DNA of 64,000 nucleotides. Source: Raja brachyura. Lineage: Eukaryota. Shown one piece after another: positions 39,316-51,904 of this stretch. A program made the translations under genes and the position numbers. The notes under the pieces are model-generated. The model was not told the origin of the DNA and ran no database searches. It saw only the letters and a program-made list of their open reading frames with translations. The first letter of the stretch is position 1. The number at the start of each line of letters is the position of its first letter. The stretch spans positions 23,994,001 to 24,058,000 of the forward strand of contig OY740789.1 of the NCBI GenBank assembly GCA_963514005.1, given 5' to 3'.

Positions 39316-39747
39316 ATGGCTCGGCGATCGTTTCGCTGAACACCTCCGCTCAGTCCACCATAACCTACCTGATCTCCCGTTTGCTCAGCACTTCAACTCC
39401 CCCTCCCATTCCCAATCTGACCTTTTTGTCCTTGGCCTCACCCATTATCAGAGTGAGGCCCAGCGCAAATTGGAGGAACAGCACCTCATATTTCGCCTGG
39501 GTAGTTTACACCTCAGCGGTATGAACGTTGACTTCTCTAATTTCAGACAGTCCTTGCATTCTCCCTCCTTCCCCTCCCCCTTCCCAGTTCTCCTACTAAT
39601 CCTATTGCCTCCGCCTACTTTCTATCATTCCCGCCACCCCCTCCCCAACATCAGTCTGAAGAAGTGTCTCTACCCGAAACGTCACCCATTCCTTCTTTCC
39701 ATAGATGCTGCCTTATCCGCTGAGTTCTCCAGCATTTTGTGTCTAAC
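39316..39747 (+). mobile_element. PLE 3' end with pLTR
   Basis: RLGDRFAEHL and EEQHLIFRLG motifs, then pLTR with a hammerhead core at 39656-39683. Confidence 0.88.
39656..39683 (+). ncRNA. Minimal type-I hammerhead ribozyme motif (PLE pLTR)
   Basis: CTGAAGA-agtgtctctaccc-GAAAC-GTC; core intact, stem II mismatched. Confidence 0.55.
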
Positions 39748-40024
39748 CCCAGATAAGCCCTACATTCTCCCTTGGTTCAAGTCTTGTTCATGGGTTGGTG
39801 AAACACTAATGGACTCAATACTTCCTGTATGCCAAAGGTGTGAGGCACTGCAAAGCCAAAAACTCCAAGGCAGCATTTACCATTTTCTTATCATTACGCA
39901 TACACATTTTGAATGAAAGAGGCAACAGACATTACAGCATAGAATGAAACCATTCACTCCATCTATTCATCTTGGTCAGAAAATTGCCAGTTGACGATTG
40001 TCTGAGCCCACCATCTTGGGGATG

Positions 40025-40425
40025 ATGCTACAGAGAAAACAATCTAAGTTTGCCCAACCTCTCTTGAAGCTAATATCCTCTAATCCAGGCAGCATCCTGG
40101 CAAACGTGTTTTGCATCCTGTCCCAAAGCTTCTACATCCATGCTGTGATAGAACAACCAGAAACTGCACACAATACCCCACATGCAGCACAACAAGTTTT
40201 ATAAAGTAGCAATATATCTTCCTGTCTCTAATACTTAATACCCTGACCAATGAAGGCAAGCATACCATACACCTTGTTTATCATTCTACTCGTGTTGTAA
40301 CTTTCAGGGAGTTATGGACTTGGTCCCTAAGGTCCCTCTGTACATCAATGTTGTTAAGTGTCTCACCTTTAACAGAATATTTTCCTCTTTCATTTGATCT
40401 CCCAAAGTGCAATACCTCACACTTG
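40025..40425 (-). mobile_element. Decayed CR1 fragment
   Basis: Match to 34490-34880. Confidence 0.7.
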
Positions 40426-43049
40426 TAAGAAGGGGAATGGTCCCAGAATTAAGAGTTCATCTATTTAGGGCTGAGCTGAAGAGGATTTTTTTTATTCAGA
40501 GTAATGTAAATGTTCAGAATTATCCATGTCAGAGTGGGAGCAATGCTTAGTCATTGAGAGCGCAGAGGGTTGGGATGTATGCACCCCAGCAGAAGCGAAA
40601 TACGAGATCAGGCGGGAGTATGCACGTTGTGTACAAGACCAGCCGTTGAAGCCAACCTCGAGGGGCCAGCTGACCTATTCCTTTCTCTTTTCATGTTTTC
40701 AAGTACTACATGCCTTAAACACCTTACAAAAATATCATTTTGCTTAGGCAGTTGGCAGAAAACCAGGGCAGCGAAGTTCCCTTGTTGTTTTGTGCTGTGA
40801 ATCACACTGATGAAAGCCTTGCTTTGGGGAATGCAGATAATTGAGACAGTGCAACTCCCTGGACTCCAGCCCAGTAGAAACAGTATCTTTAAAAATTGGC
40901 AGTCCCTTCAACATACTGTTTGCAAATAGAGGCATCTACCCTTCAAATATAAGACAAGTGCCCAGAACAGAATAGAATATCTGCCATAATGCTAATGGAT
41001 ATCACAGTGAATTAACAATATGCACCCGTAGCACAATAAGAAAATAAATGTACTTAATCCCCCCTCAAAGGAACAGATGGATGCTTCTTCATTACTTCTG
41101 AGTTTAAGTTAGTCAAATAACACTGTGCTCAATAACCCAGCATGCCTGAACGAAAAGGAACATTAAGGTAGGTATTGAATTAAACAAATGTTGAGCTTGG
41201 TAAATAAGAACATTTAAAAGACATTTGGGTAGGTAAATCCATGAGAATGAGTTAGAGACATATGGGTCAAATAAGGACAAATGAGACTAGCTCAGATGAA
41301 CATCTGGGTCAGCATGGGCAAATTGGGCTGAAGGATCTATTTCATGCTATATGACTGTATAACTCTAAAGACCATCATTTCATATCCACAGCAATATTTC
41401 TATTTAGAAATTAAAATACACCTTTTATTTATGTCTCTAAAACAAGTTGCCGGACATTCAAAGTTGTTGGCTTTATATTTGTGCAATGACTTCCATTTTC
41501 CTGCTTTTTCAGCTTTTGAGAGACCTGCGTTTATTTCTGCTAACTTTCTTTTAAAATATCTGCAGAAGTTTTTACGTTTTGATGCCTCTTTCCAGTTCAC
41601 TCCAATATTCTATTTTCTCTCTATCAATAATTACTGTAGGTATTCTAATTACTAAACTCTAAAATTCTCCTGACCTTGTCGTTTATTATTAATTTGGATT
41701 AAAAAATTAAACATCTTTACCTTTAAACTAATTAAAGGATAGGCTATAAAAAAATTACTGTGCCAATTGCACCGGTAGAAATTAACATGCACTGAAACCA
41801 AATTTATTACGTAGAGAGACTCCAACAGTTCAAACTCAGGGCCCTAATCAGAATTGTGCAATGCTTCAAACCTGGTTTATTTTTTGAAACAAAAATCAAT
41901 AATTTTCTCAGCAATCAAAAATGAATCATGTCAATCCCTTAGGGAGTAGGCAGAGAAATAGGGAATATGCTGCAACATATGAGAGGATAATTACTCAAAA
42001 CTTGCTCACTTAATTAAAAACAATAATTAGCATTTCAAATTGAAAAATAATTGGATTGTCGTCATCTACAGTAATACCACATGCCATGGATTAAATTGCA
42101 TTTAGCAAGGCATATAATAGAACTAATTGTACAGCAAGTGATACTCATCAGTGACAAGGGTGCATTACAATGCAGGACTCGTTAGTTTGTATGATACAGT
42201 AAATGCTACACCAGCAACACAAACCTTCTCATTAACTTGGCTCTTGACTGACCTCATTTCTGCTGGGGGTTTTTTCCACCATGCAATTTTGATTATTTTA
42301 ATTCCACACCTCCAGTATCTTTGTTTATCCTCTGGGTGTGAGGGGTTGGAGACGGGAAGAGGCCATGTAGTGATGGTGTCTATCATGTGAGCAGGTGGGC
42401 TGAATGAGTGAATGCGGAGGAAACTTAAATCTCCCAATGAAACCGGTTAGAACATGGAACATAGAAAAGTACAGCAAGGGAACATGCCCTTCAGCCCATA
42501 ATGATCGTGCTAAACATGAGACCAATTCAAATTAATCTCATCTGCCTGAACATGATCGTGGATATACAGGGAATGGAGGGATATGGGTCATTTGCAGGCA
42601 GATGAGATTGGTTTATATTGACATCATGTTTGGCAAAGACATTACGAGTCAAATGGCCCTTTCCTGTGCTGTACTTTTCTATGTTCTATGCAAGAGGATC
42701 ACTGAAATAGTTCCATCTCCACTGAAGTTAACTGATTGTGCCATGTTCCAAATCAATTCCTGTTCTTTACTTATTCACGCTCTTGGCATTCAATCTAGTA
42801 GTGCTTCTCAACAGCAGTGCTAGGACTGTGAAGAAAATGTCATAGGATAAGTGAAATCTATTCTGTTAAACAAATATTTTTTTCCTTTTCTGGCTTAAAA
42901 TGACAATCTAGAACCTTTGCCACATTTGAGAACATTCAACATTAAAGGGTTGAGTAGAGTTCAAGTGTGGTTCCATTTTTGAATTTTCTTAATTTCTATG
43001 AATCCCAAATATCAACATCAATATTTGTTTCTTAACCGTTAAATTATGG

Positions 43050-43217
43050 AAATCAAACCAACTTAGATGCATTTGAGAGTGGAATAAAATCATTTGATGA
43101 TTTTATTCCACTCTCAAATGCATCTAAGTTGGTTTGATTTAAACCAACTGAAGAAGTCTGAATTTCTGAAGAGAATCATTTGATGATTTTCTCTTCAGAA
43201 ATTCAGACTTCTTCAGT
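43050..43217. repeat. Two adjacent inverted repeats (44-bp and 29-bp perfect arms)
   Basis: 43050-43093 / 43097-43140 and 43147-43175 / 43189-43217 are exact reverse complements; both centred on AATCATTTGATGATT. Confidence 0.95.
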
Positions 43218-43245
43218 CTGAGGAAGGGTCCCGACCTGAAACGTC
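43218..43245 (+). ncRNA. Minimal type-I hammerhead ribozyme motif heading a pLTR fragment (to ~43302)
   Basis: CTGAGGA-A-GGGTC-CC-GACCT-GAAAC-GTC: conserved core, paired stem II, palindromic ACGT helix III. Confidence 0.6.
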
Positions 43246-43491
43246 ACCTATTCATGTCCTCCAGAGATGCTGCCTGGCCCGCTGAGTCACTCCAGCACTT
43301 TTGAAAATTGCCTTCTATTTTTTATTTGTGTACAAGCTACTTTCACAGGCTCACTTTGTGAAAGACTATTATCCTAATTGTAGTGATTTGAAAATAATCA
43401 ATGCTTCACAAGTGCAGATTTCTGGAAATATTTTAAGCGATCCACTTTAGATACACAATTTAATTCCTTTTTTCTCTGGTTCTTGCTCCAG

Positions 43492-44436
43492 GTCATTTTT
43501 CGAAAGATCATTGATGTGAAGAAAGAGGAAGAAGAGAGGATGCGTCTGAAGAATGAAGTGACACTCAGTATCCCCGTGGACCATCCTGTCAGGAAGCTCT
43601 TCCAGAAGTTCAAGCAGCAGAAGGAATTGCGGAATCAGGCTGCGGAGCGCAGCAGCTCAGATATATGCCACCTCAAAGCAGACAACCACTCATTTCACAA
43701 TGGTGTGTCTACCACAGGCACGAGTGTGGTCACTGTGTCTCAGATAACACCAATAGCATCTTCCCTTTCCTTCGTGAGAAATAATGAGCAAAAGCTGCCG
43801 ATACAGCGGGAGTCCGTGGAGCTGAAAACAAAAGGTTTGACAGATGAGATGTGCTCTCGGGTTACAAGCCCCACACAGGCTAAGGCTGGCAATGGGAAGG
43901 GATGGTTAAGACTTAAGAATTCTGTCGCCTTCACAGACCCCTTCCCTGGATCCAGGGAGGAGAAGGAACAGAACTGGAACAATGTCATCAAAGCTGAATC
44001 CATGGAGATTCTTTCAGAGGAATCAAAAGGTACGGATTCTGAGAACAATGTTGTAAAGAATCCTTTGAGGAAAACAGACTCGTGTGACAGTGGCATTACG
44101 AAAAGTGACCTGAGGTTAGATAAGGCCGGAGAGATTCGCAGCCCAATGGAGCATAGCCCAGTTCAAGCTGATGTGAGGCACCCCTTCTACCCGATCCCTG
44201 AGCAGGCTTTGCAGACCACGCTGCAAGAAGCTAAGATGGAACTGAAAGAAGACATTCAGTTGCTATGCAACAGGATGATGGGCCTTGAGAAACAAGTGAT
44301 GGAAATTCTTCAAATACTGTCTGAAAAGAATCTGCCAGAAATGCCCTCTGAGAAGTCTCAACACACAAGTCAGGAAATATTACCTGTTTCTAAGCCTCCA
44401 GCTCCTTCGTTGGAAGAAGAAGATGTTCAGTCTTAG
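43492..44436 (+). CDS. kcnh5: Terminal coding exon of voltage-gated potassium channel subfamily H member 5 (Eag2/Kv10.2)
   Basis: Polypyrimidine tract + CAG acceptor ending 43491; [81 protein letters not shown] match KCNH5 as I recall it rather than KCNH1; C-terminal coiled coil; stop TAG. Confidence 0.96.
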   Translation, partial: VIFRKIIDVKKEEEERMRLKNEVTLSIPVDHPVRKLFQKFKQQKELRNQAAERSSSDICHLKADNHSFHNGVSTTGTSVVTVSQITPIASSLSFVRNNEQKLPIQRESVELKTKGLTDEMCSRVTSPTQAKAGNGKGWLRLKNSVAFTDPFPGSREEKEQNWNNVIKAESMEILSEESKGTDSENNVVKNPLRKTDSCDSGITKSDLRLDKAGEIRSPMEHSPVQADVRHPFYPIPEQALQTTLQEAKMELKEDIQLLCNRMMGLEKQVMEILQILSEKNLPEMPSEKSQHTSQEILPVSKPPAPSLEEEDVQS

Positions 44437-45116
44437 CTTGGAAACGTTGTGAAGATTTAACTTTCATACCAGTTTAACCAAATGCACAAGATGACTGCTA
44501 TGACAGTCTGAAGACTTTTGCATGTCCAGCTGGATTCTGGCCTGCCAAAGAAAAGTTGTTAACAGAAATATTGCTTGTAAATTATATAGATAAATGCATG
44601 CATATATAAAACTCCGTTTACAATCCTTCACTGCATATCTTGGACCATTCTGTGCAGTGTAGTTACTGTTTTCTTCTTTAGGATCCAGGGATTGCGCAGT
44701 CAATGTCTCTTTGAGCCATGGCTTTGAAAGACCCCAGGCTTGGCAACTGAAAAGGTTTTATTCTCAGTATTTCTTCCCAGTTCAGGGGCAGTTTAATGCA
44801 TGGATTGTTTTTCAGGGTCATCAGAAAACAGTGCTGTTGATCCATATGTACCATGGCAAGGTTTAGTTTATATTTGAGAAATTTATAAATCAAACCAAAA
44901 ATTATTTTATAAAAAAATCAATGTAATCAATTTAATGCCTTCCAAGGAGGAAAAAATATAGATATCATATTCTATTTTAGTGGATGAGAGATAATTGAAC
45001 CCATTCTGTATGCACTAGCAACACACTCTAGAAACTATTACAATGAGAATTTTATATGACAGAAGTATAGAGATATAAAGTTATTTCAGACAGGCCATAC
45101 TTTTTTATTCATAACG

Positions 45117-45314
45117 AATAAATTCAAGGTCCCGATTGATTTTATTTCATATTGTCTTAACTCCATTTAGGCATTCAGGAAGATGAGAGATGTCAGCATT
45201 AAGAATTTAATACCGTCGGAATGCAGGATTTAAAATGGCCTGCCGCATTAATTTATAAAACGTTTAAGATTGCACTTAAGATCTTTTTCCAAGGTTTACT
45301 GATGAGTAAATAAA
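45117..45314 (+). promoter_or_regulatory. Candidate polyadenylation signals in the kcnh5 3' UTR
   Basis: AATAAA at 45117 and 45309; use cannot be established from sequence alone. Confidence 0.25.
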
Positions 45315-45775
45315 ACTAGTAGAGGAGTTATTATACATATGTAAGTATGCAGGTTGAACATGAATTGGAGAGCCAGTTAGTGCTTGTAGCTGTCAACAAC
45401 ATGCAAGGCTGCGAAAGGAGAGAGAAATACCTTTCACCGGGCTGCATTTCGATTGATATTTGCAAGATTGTCCCAGTAAATTCAGTTTATTAGATTTTTA
45501 ATATTAGGTTTAGGTGTTTGTCGAAAACCTTTCTGAAGTTTTGCTTCTACTTTTCATAATTCTTCACATGCTCCATAAGCTGCTCAACATGGAAATCACT
45601 TGTCCCCTCCATTTGACTTGTCCAGTTATGTTAAAGCCCGGAAAACAACTTCTGCTCGAACGGTTTGCTGCGACAAAAGAAAATCCCAGCATTTACCCAA
45701 TTATTAAAATATGACATCCTCACAATCCAATCATTACAAAATTGTTACGCCCCAGGTGAAGGCCATGCAGCCTAT

Positions 45776-47551
45776 CAATAGACAATAGACAATAGACAAT
45801 AGGTGCAGGAGTAGGCCATTCAGCCATCGAGCCAGCACCACCATTCAATGTGATCATGGCTGATCATCCCCAATCAGTACCCCGTTCCTGTCATCTCTCT
45901 ATATCCCCTGACTCTGCTATCTTTAAGAGCCCTTTCTAGCTCTCTCTTGAAAGCATCCAGAGAACGGGCCTCCACAGGAAGCAGAGAATTCCACAGATTC
46001 ACAACTCTCTGTGTGAAAAAGTGTTTCCTCATCTCTGTTCTAAATGGCTTACTCCTTATTCTTAAACTGTGGCCCCTGGTTCTGGACTCCCCAAACATCG
46101 GGAACATGGTTCCTGCCTCTAGTGTGTCCAAACCCTTAATAATCTTATGTTTCAATAAGATCCCCTCTCACCCTTCTAAACTCCAGAGTATATATACCCA
46201 GCCGCTCCATTCTCCCAGCATATGACAGTCCCGCCATCCCAGGAATTAACCTTGTAAACCTATGCTGCACTCCCTCAATAGCAATAATGTCCTTCCTCAA
46301 ATTAGGGGACCAAAACTGCACACAATAGTCCAGGTGTGGTCTCACTAGGGCCCTATACAACTGCAGAAGGATCTCTTTGCTCCTATACTCCTCTTGTTAC
46401 GAGGGCCAACATGTCATTCGCTTTCTTCACTGCCTGCTCTACCTGCATGCTTACTTTAATTGACTGATGACCAAGGACCACCAGATCCCATTGTGCTTCC
46501 CCTTTTCTCAATTTGACACCATTTAGATAATAATCTGCCTTGCTGTTTTTGCTACCAAAGTGGATAACCTCACATTTATCCACATTAAACTGTATCTGCC
46601 ATGTATCCAACCACTCACCCAACCTGTCCAAGTCACCCTGCATTTTCATAGCACCCTCCTCACAGTTCACACTGCCACCCAGCTTTGTGTCATCTGCAAA
46701 TTTGCTAATGTCACTGTAAATCCCTTCATCTAAATCATTGATGTATATTGTAAATAGCTGCGGTCCCAGCACCGAGCTATGCGGTACCCCACTAGTCACT
46801 GCCTGCCATTCTGAAAGGGACCGGTTAACCCCTATTCTTTGTTTCCTGTCTGCCAACCAATATCCATGTCAGCACTCTACCCCCAATGCCACATGCCCTC
46901 ATTTTGGCCACTAATCTCCAATGTGGGACCTTATCAAATGCTTTCTGAAAATCCAGGTACACTTCATCCGCTGGCTGTCCCTTGTCCATTTTCCTAGTTA
47001 CATCCTCAAAAAATTCCATAAGATTAGTCAAGCATGATTTCCCCTTCGTAAATCCATCCGATCTTGTTACTGCTATCCAAATGTGCCGCTATTTCATCTT
47101 TTATGATTGACCCCACCATCTTCCCCATCACGGATGTCAGGCTAACTGGTCAATAATTCCCTGTTTTTTCTCTCCCGCCTTTCTTTAAAAGTGGGACAAC
47201 ATTAGCTACCCACCAATCCACAGGAACTGATCCTGAATCTATAGAACATTGGAAAATTAACACCAATGCGTCCACGATTTCTAGATCCACTTCCTTAAGT
47301 ACCCTGGGATGCAGACCATCAGGCCCTGGGGATTTATCAGCCTTCAGTCCCATCAGTCTACCCAACACAATTTCCTGCCTAATGTGGATTTCCTTCAGTT
47401 CCTCCATCACCCCAGATCCTCTGGCCACTAGTACATCAGGAAGATTGTTTGTGTGCACCTTAGTGAAGACGAATCCAAAGTACTTGTTCAACTCACCTGC
47501 CATTTCCATATTGCCCATAATAAATTCACCTTTTCCAGTCTTCAAGGATCT
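45776..47551 (-). mobile_element. CR1 LINE, 5'-truncated
   Basis: KSPGPDGLHPRVLKE, DFQKAFDKVPH, KFADD, VRPHLDYCVQFWSP; (caataga)n tail. Confidence 0.95.
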
Positions 47552-47839
47552 ATCAAGACTATGCCTCAGTTTGTAGAGCAAGCCAGTCAATCGCATTGCC
47601 TTGTTTTTTCTTCACAGTATGTCAAACTATTACTTTCAATCCAATCTTCTTTTTTAAGCCACATTTGTCTCTGCATCTACCGGCATTTCAGGGATATTGC
47701 TGGATCATATTTACTGGCCACATTATAAAGGGTTTTCTGTGCTTCAAGCTTTTGCCAATCTACTTAGACACGTGCCCTTTGTAACTGATCCCTCGGCTAA
47801 TAACAGAAGCTGCTCTCTCTATTCCCCTGTTCAAGTGTA

Positions 47840-48030
47840 TTTAGTTTTGGAGATATAATATGAAACAGGCCATTCGGCCCACCAAGTCCACGCCGACCAT
47901 CGATCAACCATTCACACTAGTTCTATTCTCACACTAGGGACAATCTACAGAAGGCATTCAAACCGACTAACCTGCCCGCCTTTGGAATGAATGAGGAAAC
48001 CGGAGCACCCGAGGATACCCACGCAGTCAG
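47840..48030 (-). mobile_element. SINE 3' half
   Basis: Matches 38075-38260. Confidence 0.7.
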
Positions 48031-48044
48031 GTTTATAATAGACG

Positions 48045-48505
48045 TCAGTCGATAGTCTAGCTCCTGTGATCGTGATAGTGAGATCAAGAAAGGGAGGAAG
48101 GTGTTGGAGATGGTCCAAGTGAATTTGAGTGCAGAATGGAAGTTGGTGGTGAAGTTAATGAAGTCCAGGATTTCTGCATGGGTGCAGGAGGTAGCACCGA
48201 TGCATTTGTCAATGTAATGGAGATAGAGTTACGGCCTGTGTACACCTGGAACAGGGATTGTTCACATACATTACAATGAGGCAGGCATTGCTGCGGCCCA
48301 TGCGGTGCCCATAGCTACTCCTTTGATTTGGAGAAAGTGGGAGCAATCGAAGGAGAAGTTATTAAGAGTGAGGACCTCTCCACTAAGGCAGAGGAGAGTG
48401 TTACTAGAGGTAAATTGGCTGGTTCTGTGACCGAGGAAGAAACAGAGGGCTTTAAGGCCTTCCTGGTGGGGGATGGAGGTGTAGAGTGTCTTAACGTCCA
48501 AAGTA
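48045..48505 (-). mobile_element. PLE RT fragment
   Basis: LDVKTLYTSIPHQEGLKAL...LTLNNFSF...QIKGVAMGT. Confidence 0.88.
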
Positions 48506-49127
48506 AAGACTTCTTGCTTGCAGCAGCACAACAGATACATAAACATAGTAAAAATATGTAATCCTATTAAGGTTCTATCTGCAATTTCTTTGACATTATA
48601 TTCAACACAAAATTGGAAGTCCATTTTCTGCGATTTCAGAAGCATATTAACTTCCTGGCTGAAATTGGCATTAAAGAAAAGCAAGAGCTAAAGGACAATG
48701 TTGCAGAAACTTTGCAAGCTTAATTTATTTTCACTTCAAAATACATATTTCGTTAACATGAAGCCATTGGCAAGTTTTAACTACCTTACCATTGACACAG
48801 ATCAAATTTACACAAGATTGTCTCTGCCTGTAAACTAACCATTCAGAGACACTGTCTTTTTGAACCAAATAAGATTCTGAAGGGATATGACAGATTGATG
48901 CTGTGAAGATATTTCTTCTCTAGAAATAGAGAGTATTTGGGTGACCCTAATCCTGAGACTTGGTTAATCATGGATTTTTGACGGTCTCTACCCAGATAAA
49001 TGTGAAGGCTGTGAGATTGTGGATATTTGTGGCTGGGATAAATGGAGGGGGATCAAAGGTGTTGGTGACGAGGAAAGAAGGTGGAGTTAAGGCCAAAATC
49101 ACATAAACCTTAATCTTGAGTAGGAAG

Positions 49128-49295
49128 GGCCCGCAGATGCTGATTTAAACCGAAGATAGATACAAAATGCTGGAGTAACTCAGCGGGACAGGCAGCATCT
49201 CTGGAGATGAGGAATGGGTGACATTTTGGGTTAAGACCCTTCTTCAGTCTGAGATATTGACTGTCCCGTTGAGTTGCTCCAGCATTTTGTGTTAT
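49128..49295. mobile_element. Hairpin-type pLTR element
   Basis: CAAAATGCTGGAGTAACTCAGCGGGACAG pairs with CTGTCCCGTTGAGTTGCTCCAGCATTTTG; decayed hammerhead 49220-49247 (-). Confidence 0.75.
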
Positions 49296-49367
49296 CCTTA
49301 ATCTCATTGAATCGAGGAACATGCTCAACTTTCAACTAACTCCTCCTCTTAAACTTGTCACAAAATT

Positions 49368-49693
49368 GGGGCAGCACGGTGGCGCAGCGGTAAACTTGCT
49401 GCCTTAAAGCACTTGCCGAGCCGGAGACCCGTGTACAATCCCAACTATGGATGCTGTCTTTACGGAGTCTGTACGTTCTCCCGGTGTTCGCGTGGGTCTT
49501 CTCCTAGATCTTCGGTTTCCTCCCAACACTCTAAAAATGTACAGGTGTGAAGGTTAATTGTAGGTTAATTGGCTTGGTATAAGTGTAAATTGTCCATAGT
49601 GTGTGTAGGATAGTGTTAGTGTGTGGGCATCGCTGGTCCGTGTAGACTCAGTTGGCCAAAGGACTTTTTTCTGCACTGTATCTCTAAAACTAA
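49368..49693 (+). mobile_element. tRNA-derived SINE, full length
   Basis: GGGCAGCACGGTGGCGCAGCGG head, GTACGTTCTCC core, tail ctctaaaactaa. Confidence 0.85.
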
Positions 49694-50384
49694 GACAAAA
49701 TTCATTTTTGCAGGGTAGTACTAATCATGCTCTATTGTAACAATAGCCTGTGAACTCAAGGGAAACTGAATTTCAGAGGCAGGGTTCAGGGCTCTCTTAT
49801 AATGATCATGCATGCTTAATGATATTGACTGTGGTTGAATTTCCAGACAAATTAGTCCTTATTTTCTCCCTTAAGTCATATTTCTGGATTGAAGGCTATA
49901 CTGGCACAGATGTACTGAGACAAGTGGCCTCCTTCTGTGCTGTAAATTCCTTTCATTGCAAACCTTGATTTTTATTGAGAAACTGTAATTGGATTAGAAA
50001 CCACCATTCTCTGCTAAAGCTCTTAAATTCTCATTAAACTGAATGTCAAAGATGCACAGTCCAGGTTCATTATCTGATCAGAGACTTGGGTTGTCAACTT
50101 TATACATGCGCAACCTTACCCACAACAGGAGGACGTATTCGTTTTGATTAGAATCCAGAAAAATAGGACTGCTTGTTCATTTACTAATGTAAACTTCCAT
50201 TTCATTTATCACTTTACAAAGGCATTGGAGAGATTACAAACTATATTGAAAACAACCTATTGATAAATGTTGTCTTAGGCATAAAACTAGGGTTAATCTC
50301 CTAGCATTACTTAAAAGTTGGTTGGAAGCAAATGGATTTTAAATATTTGCGACCTCACCTACTGTCTCCATTGTTCTCGGTGAG

Positions 50385-50640
50385 GAATCCTATTTATCGG
50401 CGAGACCAAGCACAGACTGGGCGATCCTTTCGCTGAACATCTGCGCTCAGTCCGCCTTGGCCCACGCAATCTCCCGGTTGCCAAACATTTTAACTCCCCT
50501 TCCCATTCCCGCACTGGTCTTTCTATCTTGAGCCTCCTCCACTGTCAGAGTGAGACCACACGCAAATCGGAGGAACAACACCTCATATTTTCCTTGGGTG
50601 TTTACAACTCAACAGTATTGATTTCTCTCATTTCAAACAC
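50385..50640 (+). mobile_element. PLE GIY-YIG fragment
   Basis: YIGETK/RLGD.FAEHL/EEQHLIF coding remnants. Confidence 0.8.
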
Positions 50641-50847
50641 CCTTGTAAGAGATATAAATGCTTGAGAGAACTAGAGAGCACAAAGTAACTTGAGGTATTT
50701 TTACTTATTTGATGAAGTAATTATTTTCCTGGCTGTCCCATCAGTTCAGACGAACTGTAGGTCTGTTAACTAAACAGTAAATGGTATTACCATCTCGCAT
50801 TAGATTATGGAAATTACTTTTGAACAGTGAAAAAAAGAAAAAGATGA

Positions 50848-51904
50848 CTGCTTCCTGTAAGTACTCTATCCCAACTCCCAATTCCTCCATCTACGCCGCC
50901 TCTGCACCCAGGATGAGGTGTTCCAAACCAGGGCATCGGAGATGTCCTCATTCTTTAGAAAACAGGGGTTCCCCTCTTCGACTATAGATGAGGCACTCAC
51001 CAGGTCTCTTCTATATCCCGTAGCTCCTCTCTCACTCCCCATCCCCCCACTCATAACAAGGACAGAGTCCCCCTTGTCCTCACCTTCCACCCTACCAGCC
51101 GTCTCATACAACAGATAATCCTCCGACATTTTCGCCACCTTCAATGGGATCCCACCACTGGTCACATCTTCCCATCTCCTCTCTTTTCGGCTTTCCACAG
51201 AGACCGCTCCCTCCATAACTCCCTGGTCAATTTATCCCTTCTCACCCAAACCACCTCCTCCCCTGGTACTTTCCCTTGCAACCGCAGGAAATGCTGCACT
51301 TGTCGCTTTACCTGCCTCCTCGACTCCATCCAAGACCTAAGCAGTCTTTCCAGGTGATGCAGAGGTTCACCTGCACCTCCTCCAACCTCATCTATTGTAT
51401 CCTCTGCTCTAGGTATCAACTGTTCTACATCGGTGAGACCAAGCACAGGCTTCGCCCAACACCTCTGCACAGTTCGCATTAACCAACCCGATCTCCCGGT
51501 AGCTCAGTACTTCAACACCCCCTCCCATTCCGTATCCGACTTTTCTGTCCTGGGCCTCCTCCATGGCCAGAGTGAGTCCCACCGCAAATTGTAGGAACAT
51601 CACCTCATATTTCGCTTGGGTGGTTTACACCCCAGCAGCATGAATATTGACTTCTCCAATTTCAGGTAGTTCTTGCTTTCTCCCTCCTTCCCCTCCCCTT
51701 CCCAGCTCTCCCACAGCCCACTGTCTCCGCCTCTTCCTTTCTTCTTCCCGCCCCCCCCCACACCCCCACATCAGTTTGAAGAAGGGTCTCGACCCGAAAC
51801 GCCACCTATTCCTTCGCTCCATAGTTGCTGCCTCACCCGCTGAGTTTCTCCAACATTTTTGTCTACCTTCAATTTATCCAGCATCTGCGGATCTTTCTTA
51901 AACA
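50848..51904 (+). mobile_element. PLE 3' half with complete pLTR
   Basis: CTSSNLIYCILCSRYQLFYIGETK; pLTR with mutated hammerhead 51776-51803. Confidence 0.92.

Noticed and set aside
43483-43491. ORF-track start (TTG) for the 317-aa ORF
   Set aside because: It lies within the splice acceptor; the ORF is a terminal exon, not a standalone gene
43740-44096. Antisense 118-aa ORF within kcnh5
   Set aside because: Shadow frame of the coding exon, no independent evidence
43492-44436. KCNH1 assignment
   Set aside because: Diagnostic segments ([34 protein letters not shown]) fit KCNH5
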